Source: Vicugna vicugna
Lineage: Eukaryota
Assembly: GCA_013265495.1 (NCBI GenBank)
Contig: MU058213.1
Coordinates: 2,542,001-2,606,000, forward strand
Direction: 5' to 3'
Length of the DNA stretch: 64,000 nt
Shown here: piece after piece, positions 1 to 13,291 of the stretch
Numbering within the stretch: the stretch's first letter is position 1
Layout of the letters: each line of letters begins with the position of its first letter
The notes under the pieces: generated by a model
The model's input: only the letters and a program-made list of their open reading frames with translations
Database searches by the model: none
What the model was told of the DNA's origin: nothing
Translations under genes and position numbers: made by a program

Positions 1-2419
1 GCCTTCGGGCTTTTTCTGCCAGCAGGTCTCCTGGATTTCTTTCCCACCAGTCTTCCCAAGCAGACCTGTAGGGCTCCCTTAACGACAGACGCCACCTCAG
101 GATCTAAAGTCACCTCCATGAATAACCTTACTTTAATCCTCTGCGTAGCAACTTGTTACCAGCTTCTAGTTCTTTGCTTACTGAGGCTTACTTCTTACCT
201 GCCTTCCTTACTACGATGCATATTTCTTGGCTGTGATATTTATCAACGTGTCTGTATTGCCCAGAATGATGCCTAGAAAATAGGGGCTACCTAATAGCTA
301 TGTGCAGAATCAGCGAACGCTTTACCAGGTAAACCCCCACTCAGTGGAGCGTTAGGAAGGGCAGGGGAGACTTCCATTTGTGATCTTTTTGCTACGTGAT
401 CTTGAGAGCATTCTCAGAGGTCAGCAGCTTTGTGTTTCATTGTTGTCACCTAAAAAATAAAAAGTTCACACTGGATCCGAGGGCTGGGCAGTGGGCAGAG
501 GGACTCCTGCTCACATTTCAGAGGACCTTGACTGTTCAGGACCCATCCATACATTTTGTGTGGGCAGGGCCTCTGTCTTTATGTTCATGACAACATTTAT
601 GCAATCATTGGCTATTTTATTTTTATGCTACCTTTGGTTTAAAAAATTAGTAGTAATTTTAGACAGCTAAGTATAATATTTATGTTAAATGTAAATCTGG
701 AAAACATAATGTTTGTTTGAAACAACAATGAATGCTACACATAAAGCACTATAACTTTGCTTGGAGGTTTATTGATTAGAGGTTAATAACTATACAAGAA
801 TAATATCCCAAAACACTGGGATTGTGTTATCAAATATCAGGTCCAAGATCAAGGGTAATTAATAATTTTGTGATTATCTTAGGGGTTTTTTTGGAGACAA
901 GAATCTTTTCCTTAACACGTGTTTTTATTTGTTTTACTTTTTAAATAGCAGCCTAATTGAGATATTATTCACAGATTATTCAGTGCACCTCCTTAAAGCG
1001 TACTGTTCACTAGTTGGCACACTCACATACGTTTTCAGGAAGGCGTGATGGAGTACAGGAGTAACTTGGATTGCAGTCCGTGGCTTAGGTATCTTCCTCT
1101 ACACCAGATGAGAAGGCTTATGAGTACAAAGATAGTCTCTATCATCTTTGTATTCACTGAATCTTAGTAGACACTCAGTATGTATTAGTTCATTTGAATC
1201 AAATTGCAAATGGGACAGCCCTCTACAAAGAATCTTGGAGACAAAGTCAGAAGCTTACTGTGTTGAAACTAAGCAGTGGTAATGTTGTGAGTTGGGGGAC
1301 AGCAAGAGATCTGAGTCTGGGAAACCCAAATTCTGGAAGCTTTATCACTTAGGAGCTGCACTGGCTTGTACAAGTAATGTATAATGACTCTAAACTTTAG
1401 TTGTCCTTCAAAAAAAAAATCTGGTAAGAGTTCCCAGGTTGGTGTGACAGTTACTCGGTACCTTAAACATACTTTGCAAACTCTCACACGCTGTGCTAAT
1501 GGGAGGAGACTGTTACTATATAAAGGGAGAGATCTGTCCAAGTCTCAGAACAGTCTCCTTGAGGGGTCATTTAAGGTTTGAAACTCCTAGGAGATTGTTT
1601 ACAAATGCACATTCATCTGTTCACTGCCTCTCCCTCCTTGCCTCCCACCGCTTGAGTCTAATCAGTGGCTTTGTCCCATACCCTTTTTTAAGAATGTGGC
1701 ATGAATAATAATTCTTAGAGAAAATGAGGACTAGGAATACCTCACAGAGTAGAGTGCATGCATTTAAAAATGTTGCTCTGGCAGGCTCTCGTGCACATGG
1801 TAGCAATGTTCTTACTCTCCCTATTTGCTTCATAGAATGTTGTTAAAATTAATTGACTGTGGAGTAGTGCCTCGGGCTGTTGACCTAGAAAGACTCTGTG
1901 TTGTTATATAATTTGGGTTACGTAGTTCATCTTCTGATTAAAGCACCTGAGCCCAAGTCGTAAGCAACCTCTGATGAAGTCAGGTCAACGGAGATGAGCT
2001 GGTTAGAATTTATGGACTTAAGGCTTTTTGATGGAGCTTTTTGCTTTTCTCCATGAACTCATCATCTGCTACAAAAAGAATAATCTAATTTAAAAGTAAA
2101 ATAACTTTTCCCTACACTTCACTCAGTCTCCATGAGCCATCTTATTTTGTTTTCATATTTGACATTAATCACCTTATAAGTTTGATAAACAGTAATTGAT
2201 TCAGTCACTATGGTGATGACTTACTGAATGAACCAGAATGAATTGTTTTATAGATGAAAAAAAAAAGTATTTTCTGTGAAAAAGGTAGTGTAGGAAGAAA
2301 AGTCTCTGACAAAATGCTCTATTTTTTGGTGAAATAGAGGTGATTTTGCAGAATTTTTTCTAAAGTCGTTCCAAAGACATTTATAGTCTACCCTGGCTGG
2401 CACCAATACAGATCTATCT

Positions 2420-2630
2420 GTGAATTCAGGCTCTGCTACTTTCCATTTACTTATTAGCAATGGCTTTGGACAATTTATTAAACTTAGCCCCAGATTCCCT
2501 ATTTTCAAACTAGGGACAAAAATACCTACCTTTATACGGTTGTTTTAAGGAGAAAGAAAGAGATACATAGATATGAGGGCAAGTGGGGGGATAGTTTCCT
2601 AGTATGTAATACTCAAATATTAGCCATTAT
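2420..2630 (+). mobile_element. MIR SINE
   Basis: gaattcaggctctgctact...ctttggacaatttattaaac...aaaatacctacctttatacggttgttttaagg. Confidence 0.65.
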
Positions 2631-5378
2631 CACAATTTTGAGGATTATAATTTAGTAAACAAGAGCTTGGAGACAATTTATAATAACCACCAGAATGTCT
2701 AGATGCCTCTAAGTGACTGAAATACTTAATTGGTGATTACAGTTGACTGCAGACATTGTGTTTGTCATCTTGTTATCTACAGAACTTGGTTGCCTGGCAG
2801 TTCTTAAATCAGGTCAGTCCTGTTCAGGGTACCAGTTGTGCAACATATGTCGGTGCCTTCAAAGTCTTTATTAAAAGCAAACCATGCTAGGCCCCAAGAT
2901 AGCAACCAGATGGTGGATTGGGTCCACAAGCATTCAGGTGGTTTCTGATTAATAATTTTGGAGACAAGTGCATGGAATTCTTTAAAACACTGGTACTTAA
3001 ATTGGGGTTTGTGGCTGAGCTTTAGGTCATATCCTGAAATTGCATCCACATTTAAGTTTGAGGGGGTTGGGACAGGGGTGTCTAAGGCATCTGCCAAATT
3101 CTCAGATGAATCTTTGAATAGAAAAATAATTAAAAGCCACTGAAAAGAAATTAGTCAAAAAGATTAATTTACTTCATTAACTTAGGCAGAGATGAAAGTA
3201 ATTCTAAGATACAGAATACAATCATCTTTCACCTAGGCTTAATGAAGTCTCCCAGCTAAGTGCTCCTCTTAACTTGAGTGAACACACAGGTCCCCTGGGA
3301 ATCTTGTTAAAAATGCAGATTCTGCTTGAGTAGACTTTTATTTTTTTAAGGTGGATGATTCTCTATTTCTAACAAAATCCGAGATGTTGCCCAGGCACCT
3401 GGTTGGTGTAACAGTAGGGCCTTAACACTCTTGTTAAAGAAACATGTTAGTTCTGAACATTCTATCTTTTTATAACCAGTCTTCGCCATTTGCAGCTTAG
3501 TTATCAAGTTGGACCTCGCTTGTAGGTGATGATTCTTTGTAATTTTACAGCATCTCGTCGTCATCGTCCTAATGGGCACAACTGTTGCCATTAACTTTGC
3601 CCTCACGGTTTTCACGCACAATCTTCTCTTGACTTGTGAATTTGAGTATTTGTATATCAGATACCTTCAGAGCATTCTGTACTGTCTTAACATTTATTTT
3701 GGGGGGCCTTCTCTCAAAGAAGTATCACCTCTTTTTTATTGCCCTTCATCCAAATACAGGTCTCAGGCCGCCGTGTGCAACGTGCAGCCACAAAGGCAAT
3801 GAGAACACGAAGTCATGGTCAGTTCGCTCCTGGTCTTGCTGATCTTTGGCTCTGCCGAAAGAGCTGAACCGTTGCCCCATGAATTTCTCTAGCCTCCCTT
3901 AGAATAGCCTCATCCTTCATGTCTTTCTGGTCTACCTCATACCTGGTCTGCCTCAAACTATTATTTTGTATCCATCATCTTTCTTGTCTACCTGTCAGCA
4001 GTTTCCTGTTGGTTGTCAAGTGTACTCCCACGAATCACTGGTTGTCAGTTTATCTTGATTCTCATTTCTTGGTAGAAAAGATTGGCTTCTGATTAATTTC
4101 TATTATCAACAAAACCTCCCTGGACACAAGTGATTTCTTCCTTCTCCTGTTTCCTACTTTCAGTCTTCCTTGATCTTATTAGGATGACAGCAATTAAAGC
4201 TGTGCCTCTGTACACTTCAAAGACTGTGGATGGAGCCAAGATTGGTAGCACTTTGTAAAAGATCTCTCTGGCCTCCACTACAGTAGTTGTTCTCAACCTG
4301 TTTGGTGTCTTCATCTGTCCCTGCACTCCTCAGAGCTATGGAAACTCCCATAAGTAACAGGGAACTTGGTGATTCTCAACCAAGGGGAGATGACAGATGG
4401 CTTTCCCTCATCTTGTTGAGACTCTTCAATAACACTCTTATCGAGAAACAGACAACTGGCAAATGACTCAAAGAAATAACATAGTACTTATTGATAAAAA
4501 TAATAGCTTTTAATGGATAGTGCCTTATACCTGAAAAATTCTATGCTTTATTTCATAAGACTGATAGGTCATTTTTCTGTTCTGAAAGCTTTGTGCTAAG
4601 ATTTAGGTACTTTGGCAGTAGCTACCAGAATGCCCTAGAGACAGTTAAACACTACTTTAGGACACTTCTACATTCCTGATGTTATAAAATAGCATCATAA
4701 AAAATACAATTGCCTCAGATAAAAACTGGGAAGTCATGGTTGACTTTTTCTCTTTTCTGCATCCTATTAGCACATCTATACTATTAAGCTCTATATATGA
4801 AATTCTCCTCAATAATTTTCTTTTCTATGCTTCTTACTGCTGTCCTTGTTCAGAAACATATTTTCTGCTTCTGCCTTCACTGATATGGTTCTTCCTTTGT
4901 AGATGCCTCCCTGGCCACTGGATGAGGTTTAGATTCTTTAGCATCCCTTACACTAGGACCATCCTCTCCTTTCTATACCTGATTTCATCCCTAGTGCTTA
5001 TACTTTCCCCATGCCCATCCTCAGTGCTCTAGCTGCATTAACTATTTAAAATGTTCCTAAAATCCTTGTATAAGTTCTGCCTCAGGACGTGTACATGATG
5101 TTCCCCACACCCTCCCAGGTTTTTCCCTAATTGCTGTCCCCAGCAAAGTCTCATGTATTCTTCAAAGTCCAATTTAAATGTTACTCCTTCAGTCAAGTTT
5201 TCCCTAAGATCCTCAGAAATAAGTGCTTCTTCCCCATTCTCCCAGAGTACATTCTATTATACCATTTATCCTGTGTTATATTTCACAGATACATCACCCA
5301 CCATGCCCTGAGCTCTTACTCATCTTTGTAGGAATTCTCTCTCTTTCTCTGACACTGAATAAAAAGTGTTATAAACCA

Positions 5379-5958
5379 CACAGCAGCACTGTTTACAACA
5401 GCCAAGACATGGAAGCAACCTAGTATCCACTGACAGAGGAATGGATAAAGAAGATGTGAGATATATGTATATCTCACACACACACAGATACATACATACA
5501 CAGTAGAATACTACTCAGTCATAAAGAATGAAATAATTTCAATTGCAGCAATACGGATGGAACCAGAGATCATAGTGAAGTCAGTCAGTCACAGAAAGAT
5601 AAATATCATATGATACCACTTATTTGTAGAATCTAACCTATGATACAAATGAACCTATTTATAAAATAGAAACAGACTCAGAGACACAAAACAATCTTAC
5701 AGTTACCAAGGGGAAGGGAAGGGGAGGGATAAATTAGGAGTTTTGGATTACTAGATACAAACTACTGTATATAAAATAGACAAACAACAAGATCCTACTG
5801 TATAGCACAGGGAACTATATTCAATATCTTAATAATAACCTATTATGGAAAAGTACATATATGTACGTGTATGTGTGTATATAAAGATCACTATGCTGTA
5901 TACCTGAAACTAACAACATTGTTAAACCAACTATACTTCAGTAAAATTTTTTTAAAAA
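5379..5958 (+). mobile_element. 5'-truncated LINE-1 (ORF2 end + 3'UTR)
   Basis: cagcagcactgtttacaacagccaagacatggaagcaacc...caactatacttca plus A-rich tail. Candidate TSD gttataaacca (5368-5378) / gttatgaacca (5959-5969). Confidence 0.9.
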
Positions 5959-6692
5959 GTTATGAACCAATGAATGCATGCATGAATATAAGAATATAAG
6001 CCTAGTTCTACAGACAACAGCAGAGATAGTTGTTCCATTCCTAAGCTCTTAATTTCCAGTCACAATTTAGTACACAATTATGGCTATACAAACCTGATAT
6101 AATCACCCAGATGAAGGAGTCCCAGTAATTATTTCATCACATGTTGTGGTTGCAGCAGTTCTAAGAAGTGTTTAATAATCACAGATGTGAAAACCCTAGA
6201 TACCTTTCATTTACCCACAGAAACTGAGCACATGTGTATTTATGTGTGTGCATTGCTCTTGATTTGTATGTTACAGAAAGCGGTAGGATTACAGTGAAGT
6301 TCAAGCCATGCTTCCTCAACAAATTGTGAAATATCTCATCCAGACATACTGTTAGTCAGTCCCCGCCTTCTTTTCTGGTTTGTTTTAATGTATTTTCACA
6401 CAGAATTTCAAGTTTAATTAATGGACAACAAATGAAAACAAAACAAGAACAAATGGTTATGAATTCTCAGTGCTCATTGTTGCAAAAAGACCAGTTCTGT
6501 TCATTTAAACTATTAGTGACAGATCATATGAGTCAAACCATGAACTGAAATACGATTTCTGGATTAATATATCAGTTTAGATGTGGCAGTTTGAGAGATC
6601 ATGTGTTTTATTTGTCCCCACTCTCCCCACCCACAAAAAAGCCAAGAACAAAATGTATTTACTAGTACTTAAGTTTTCCTAATTCACTAAGC

Positions 6693-6880
6693 CAATGGTT
6701 CTCAAAGTGGGGTTCCCAGACCAGCAGACATCAGAATCACCTGGGAAGATATGAAACATGCAAATTCTTGAGGCCCACCCCACACATACTTATTCAGATT
6801 GGGACCCAGCAATCTGGTTTTTTTTTTTTTAACAAGATCTCCAGGTGATTCGGATGCATGCTAAAGTTTGAGAACTACTA
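6693..6880. mobile_element. MER5A-like hAT-Charlie non-autonomous DNA transposon
   Basis: TIRs caatggttctcaaa...tttgagaactacta; internal cagaatcacctggga...atgcaaattct. Confidence 0.85.
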
Positions 6881-9382
6881 ATCTAGGGGATGTAAAATCA
6901 ACATAGTATCTTCTTCCATTGTTTATCTGAATAAACAGTGACTTTTGAAGATCTTTAAGTCAGTCAGAAAAATGTCCATTATAATGAGTTAAAATGGAGG
7001 ACTAGTGTGGGTGCATCAACCATGTAAGAACAAATCAGCAAAGGGATAAAATGGAAGAAAAAAAGTTAAAGGAGCAGATTGCTTTGTGAATATCAGTTTT
7101 TTTAAGTTTATAAGTAAAAAGAAAGAAAAGAATGAAAATAATAATTTTTAAGAGGAAAAGAGACTTTTAAAATAATCCTCAAGAAAATGAAGGGAGGAAG
7201 GGTGAAGTCCATTAGCACGAAAACTCAATGGGAAAAAAAATGACAAGAAAGGGATTGATGACTCAGCCGAGCAGGTGTACAATTTTTAAGGAAAGTTCAT
7301 GGAGCATTCAGTAACATAGAGGAAAATGAACCTCCATTACAAAAGGATGAAAAAGTTGCTTATTTTTTAAAATCTCCTATTTGAAAGACAATAGAAACAT
7401 ACTCCATGTCAAGTCATTTTTCATTTTTTTGCCTCGGAGTCCAATGCCACCTAGAGCGAATAAATTTCCGCTAATGTTTACATCTTTCTTTAAATCTTTA
7501 TTATTTTGAACAGAACAAAACAGTGCATTTTGAAACATTTAATACTTTTTGTGTACCATAACACTGAAAGAACCAAATGTTACAGAAAGGAAATAACTAG
7601 CTTTAAGATTTACTTATGTCTTACTGTTTTCTTTAGTGCGACTTTAGCTGGGGATTTGATAGAGCTTTACATAACAGTAGTTTCCACATTTAACTGTTCA
7701 GCATGCTTCATGTATAATTTACAGAATTTTAAAATTATTTTTATGTAGAATAGATGGCCTTACTATTGACACTCTGTTATATGAAATTGTGAGCTCTTTG
7801 GGGGAAGGGACCACACTGACCGTGTTCAGTCCTTAACATAATCCTGGCACGTGTAAGCGCTCAGTAAATAATCACTGAGTGAAAATCCAAAGTGCACTAA
7901 AACAATAGGCATATGAATGTGTGTGTGTATGTTAACTACATAATTCACAGTGATTTTCTTCCAAATTAGATCCAGGGAATGCACATTGTTACAACTTCCT
8001 GTATGTTTCCAGTACATTCTATCCTAAAGTACATTAGTCATCAGTTTGATTGTCCATATTGATATTTGGATGACATCATAGAAAAGGTTCAGTTTATCAG
8101 GATGTCTTTTCATCATATAAGCCTTTGAAAGTCAGTCCTTAGCCAAAAGCTTTCCAATATATAATAATCTACTTCACATTAGCAAGCACAGCATACGAAA
8201 CATATGGTAAAATTCTACTTCTGTGAGTTAGAACCAGATTTTAGCCATCAAACAGATTTCACAGGCTAGTTAATAAACATCAACTGTCAAGCTACAGAGT
8301 CTAGGGTCTGAAAACTTTAAATGCCACCCCCCATGGCATTTAACGGGGAAATAGAAATCAATGAGAGTGAGTATTAAAAAAAAACAAAAAACAAAACAGG
8401 GCAAGACCAAAGTAGACAGATGTGTTTCAGCCCCATCTCCCTCTGCTGGTCTTATTTTTTCCCTTAACCCCACCTGCCCCTCACCCCTTCTTCATTATCC
8501 TCTTCAACACCTGGTACACTCAGTGCTTTCCAGCAGATTGAACACACTGAGCAAGATTGGGACATTTTGTTTATCCCTTCCAAATGATCCAAAATCAAAA
8601 TAAGGAAGTAAAGACAAAAAAATAATTAAAAATCAGGTGAGTATAGCAAAATAAATCCTGCTTATGCTGGTGAGCTGGAAGTAAGCACAAACATAAAAGG
8701 AAATAAAATGGACACTAGAAATGCGACTTATTTGACTCTGCTTTTCACCTTCTAAACATGTTATTTCTCAGACATTTAGGAGTTTCATGCCTCCTTCATC
8801 TTTGCTCTGAAGGAAAGCATCAGTGTTAAAGCCCAGAGCCCTGTTCACCCTTACAGTAAATGCCTTTTACAGTTTCTTCCTCTCTGGCAGTTCCCCTCCC
8901 TACCTCCCATAATGAAGTTGAAACTCCCTGTTTTGTTTTTGTAGAGTAGACAGTGAGGTGGGCTGTGTGTGTCAATAATCTAGAACATGCTGGCTAAAAT
9001 ATTTGGCTTCTAAAGATAGGAAGGAAAACAAATCAGCATTTGGGAGTGTTTGTAATCCTATTATTAATCTTAAGCTATGATCATCTACTATTAACTGGTC
9101 TGATAATTGATTTCAGTAAAAATTAATTAAAATATGTTGACCTGAGTACTATATTGTATTCCTTTGATAGAAGTGAGGTTATCAAAGTAGGATGTAATTA
9201 ACTGGTCAGCCACTTTCTCTGGGTCCCCAAATCTCCAATTCAAAAAGTAGTCACAAAGCAGAAGCAGGTCTACTCTAACTTAGACCATGGATGTGGTCTC
9301 ACTGACCATAGAAGCAAATCTCTTTGTCAAATATGCCCATGTGGTTCTGAAACGAAGTTAGACAGTGTTTAGGTCTGTCTTC

Positions 9383-9416
9383 CCCACAGTGGTGAACTTC
9401 CCACAGTGGTGAACTT
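9383..9416. repeat. 17-bp perfect tandem duplication
   Basis: cccacagtggtgaactt x2. Confidence 0.95.
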
Positions 9417-10099
9417 TAACAAAATATCTAAATGTAAATAATTTCCAGAAGCCCAATAACCTGGTTGATTAGAACCAAGAGGTAGAGCATCACCTGTTGA
9501 TATATTTCAAATTGTTACATGACTAGTGTATAAAAATAGCACTTAAAGATCTTCACGGTCATTTTCTTTTTGCCCAAACTCAGTCTCTTAACAGGAAAAT
9601 TCTACTTGTATCTCACATTATTCTGTTGTTTATTTGGTTTTGAAATAAAAGTAGTGGCTATTGGGTTTTAGTTTTAGTAGAAGCCAATAGTCCAAGGGTT
9701 TAGATGGGCCACCTGGCCATCTGTGCTCTGAAGAAACATTAAGCTTTCTTACATTTTCCTTTTAAGATAGTATTAGAATTTAAACCTTTTTTTGATCCAA
9801 TTCAGGGTTACATAGCTGGCCTTTTAACTGTTGAGCTTGGTACAGCTCAGGAGTCTTGTTACTCTTTTTTCTCTCTGGATGTGAGGCCTCAGAGCAATAC
9901 AAGCCTGGAGACACCTGGGTTCTCTTTCTCTGCCTCGGAGAACATGCCTATTTTACTAGGTAATCATTTCTTGATATCTTAGGTAGGCTTAAGAGTTAGG
10001 AAATAATAAAATGATCAGAACACCTGCAATAGTAGCAAAATAGCCAAAGGGGAACTCTCACCTCTGGCACCTAAAAAAATAGAAGGCTTAGGGTAAGTC

Positions 10100-10607
10100 T
10101 ATCAGTCAGCTGTCACTGTGTAACAAATTATCCGCAAACTTTGTGAATTAAAACATCAAGAAATCTATAGTATCTCTCACAGTTTCTGTGGTAGAGGAGG
10201 TTGGGGGTGGTGATTTCTTGTAGGGGTACAGTTCAGATGCTGATCAGGGCTGCCATTGCTGAAGTCTTGATGGCTGGAGGAGCCCTTCCCACGTGACCCA
10301 CTCATGTGACTGTCAAGCTGTGGTGGGCTGTTGGTGGGGGGCCCCAGGTCTTTGTGGTCCTCTCCACAGACTGCTTTCCTGTCCTCTCAGTATGACAGCT
10401 AGCTTCTCTCCCAGAGTGAAAAATGTGAGAGAAATGGTAGGAAAACTTGCAGTGTCTTTTCCAACCCAGCCCAGGAAGTTACAGTCTGTCATTTCTGCAG
10501 TATCTTGGTCACACCATTCAGCCCATTCAGTGGAGGAGGGAGCACCCAAGGACATGAACTCAAAGAGGCAGGGATCACTAGTGTCATGTTGAAGGCTGGC
10601 TTGCAGT
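10100..10607. mobile_element. MaLR (MLT1-type) LTR
   Basis: tatcagtcagctgtcactgtgtaacaaattatcc...tctcacagtttctgtgg...aggcagggatcac motifs typical of MLT1. Confidence 0.7.
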
Positions 10608-11059
10608 TAGTATTTGCCTCTCTGAGCAGTTCTTTGTAATATCAGCGTCTTATATTGGGACAGGCTTTTGTTGTTTGTGTTGATTATAAACAAAAGTAAC
10701 AATGAACTGGGAGAATATCAGTTTTCTTCCTTCTGCTGCTTTCCCTCAGCCCCTCCCCCCACCACTGGGAAGGAGGTCAGCATGAGCCAGCCCTTGAGGC
10801 GTTATCAAGATAAATTCACTTCCAAAATGCTAGGGCTCTTGTTAACCTCGCTAGCTTCCTAGCTGAGCTCCTCTGAGAAGGGAAGTCTGGGTCACTGAGA
10901 AGAAATTAACTCCCCCACTGTCAAGAAAGGCACTCATCCCTCTCTTGCTTTCTCTTCATTGCTGAGAAGTGGTTTTCAACCCTGGCTGTACAGTTAGAAT
11001 CACCAGAGGGAGAACCTAGACTTCTTAAAAATACTCCAAGGCTTATCATCTTATTTAGC

Positions 11060-11260
11060 AAGCACCTATTTAGTACCTATTATATACTTCTCCAAATAAT
11101 ATGCAAATATTAACTTATTTGAACTTCAAAACAAGCCCATAAGTTAGGTACTATTATTATCATCTCCATTTTATACATGAAGAAATTGAGAAACTGAGGC
11201 TCAGAGAGGTTAAGTATTTTGACCAAAGTCACACAGGAATTGAATGGAAGAGCCAAGACT
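11060..11260 (-). mobile_element. MIR SINE
   Basis: ccattttatacatgaagaaattgagaaactgaggctcagagaggttaagta...ccaaagtcacacag is the MIR core. Confidence 0.8.
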
Positions 11261-11494
11261 TCAGGGAATTGTCATATCTATCCAAGATTGACTATCACTA
11301 TTCTTGATTAAGTTTTGAAGGCCTTTGAGAATCTGATAAAATATGCAGGCTCTATACCAGAAAGGTGCACATAGCATATGCTTGAAAAATGTGCATATAT
11401 CCTTTCAGGGATGTGTGTAAATCCCCCACAACCCTTTTGTAGACTTCTTCCAGGGATCCATGAGCCCTAAGTTAAGAACCTTTTCTTCCTAGAG

Positions 11495-11672
11495 CACTGG
11501 TTTCCACTGGACCAGCATCAGCAGCTTCACCTGGGAAGCTGTTAGAAATGCAAATTCTCAGGTCCCACCCCAGATCTACTGAATCAGAGACTCTGAGCAT
11601 GAGGTTCAGCAATCCCTATTTTAACAGGATCTCCAAATAGCTCTAACGTGTGTGAAAGTGTGAGAACCACTG
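11495..11672. mobile_element. MER5A-like hAT-Charlie element
   Basis: accagcatcagcagcttcacctgggaagctgttagaaatgcaaattctcagg...gtgagaaccactg, flanked by CTAG-containing target sites. Confidence 0.85.
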
Positions 11673-12898
11673 CTCTAGATGGCTGGTGTGTAGAGCAAGT
11701 GATAACTCACCAGTCAGCGAGGAGCTTCATGGTTCTGTAAAGACATTTCATTGTTCTTGCCCCATCATTATACAGATAGAAATTATCTTCTGTTAAAATT
11801 TGATTTCTTTGGGGAAAAAAGATCACGAAAGGAAAGTCAGTCACTGATATTTATTCAAGTGTTCATTAATACCAACACTTGTATGTCATTCATCCAGTAG
11901 ATATTCCCTGAATGCTTGTTCTGGGTCAGACATGCTAGGATCAGCACAACATACAAAATAAAACAGTCATGACCACGGCCTCAACCACTTTGTACCCTGT
12001 AATGAGCAAATAGTTACACAAATAAATATATAATTATAAAACTGAATCATGCCATGGATAAAAAGTGTCTGTTAGACATCTTAAACTTACTTGTTAAAAA
12101 TGAACCTCTAGAATTAAAACCTCCCCACCCAGATTCTATTCCTATCCTGGCATTTGCCATTTCAGCAAAAGATGCTACCATTTGTATAATGTTGAGACAT
12201 TATCTTTGATCCCTTTCCCTCTGTCACTGAACCACCATCCCCAGACACACAACACACAGAAGTCCATAAATAAATGATACTTGTTCCATCTCCAAAGCAC
12301 ATCACTGCCTCCAGCTAGTTCTAGTCACAGACCTCCTTTGCTTTGACAGCTGCCATAGCCCCCTAAATATTTTGCACTTTTTTTTACTCCTGCTTTCCTA
12401 TAATCCATTGTGCTCAGAGCATCCCGACTGACCTGTGCAAATTTAAATTAGATCATGACAGTCCCTGGCATATAAAAGCTTCCAAAGCCTTCCCCTTTCA
12501 ATAGACCAAAATCCATTTGTTTTTAACCATGGATTATGATGTACTGCGTAGTCTGACTCTGTTCATCCCTTCAGGTCATCTCATTCACTTCCCCTCTCAC
12601 TCATCTCCAGCCACACTGCCCTCAAGCCTATTCTTCCATGGGGCCGGATGTGCTTCTACACCGGAGCATTCACACTTGCTCTTCCTTCTCTCTATGAAGT
12701 TCTCCCCTACTCTCTGTCTGGCGGGCTCTTTCCCATCCTGCAGGTGTCAGTTCACATTTTCCTCCTTTTCATAACCTGCCCTGACCATCCGATCCCTCAC
12801 AACGCTCCCACAAAACCCACCCCCACCTTTTCCTTCAAATAGTTATTGAATCCAAATCATTTTAGTTAGCCTAGTTATTTTTCACTTGTTTACTAATT

Positions 12899-13035
12899 AG
12901 GGGGGTAATTAGAGTTATCTATTTATTTATGTATTTATTTACTAATTTTTTTTAACAGAGGTGCTGGGGCTTGAACCCAGAACCTCACACATGCTAGACA
13001 TACACTCTACCACTGAACTATACCCTCCTCCAAGT
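12899..13035 (-). mobile_element. Camelid tRNA-derived SINE (Vic-type)
   Basis: Reverse complement reads ggagggtatagttcagtggtagagtgtatgtctagcatgtgtgaggttctgggttcaagccccagcacctc, with Pol III A/B-box-like motifs. TSD ttgtttactaatt (12886-12898) / ttgtttactgatt (13036-13048). Confidence 0.88.
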
Positions 13036-13241
13036 TTGTTTACTGATTTTTTTCTTTTTCTTTTACAAAATTGTAAGTGTTTGGGTCACAATTCAAAGTA
13101 AAAACTACATTTTCACAATAACACAGTATATATACATATACACAGATACACACATCCAAAAACAAATTTCATGACACATGGATTCTTGACAAAGGATATA
13201 GATAATAAATCCTCAAAATATATTTTTGTTCTATTTTTTCA

Positions 13242-13291
13242 ATTTCACATGTCTATATATATATATATATATATATATAGACATGTGAAAT
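13242..13291. repeat. 50-bp perfect palindrome centred on (TA)13
   Basis: atttcacatgtc-(ta)13-gacatgtgaaat. Confidence 0.95.

Noticed and set aside
1122..1155. Small hairpin gagtacaaagat...atctttgtattc as a possible miRNA
   Set aside because: The stem is only 12 bp and sits in an apparent L2 3'-end relic; too short for a pre-miRNA.
12955..13031. tRNA gene on the minus strand
   Set aside because: Degenerate stems, an AT-rich tail and TSDs show it is a SINE.
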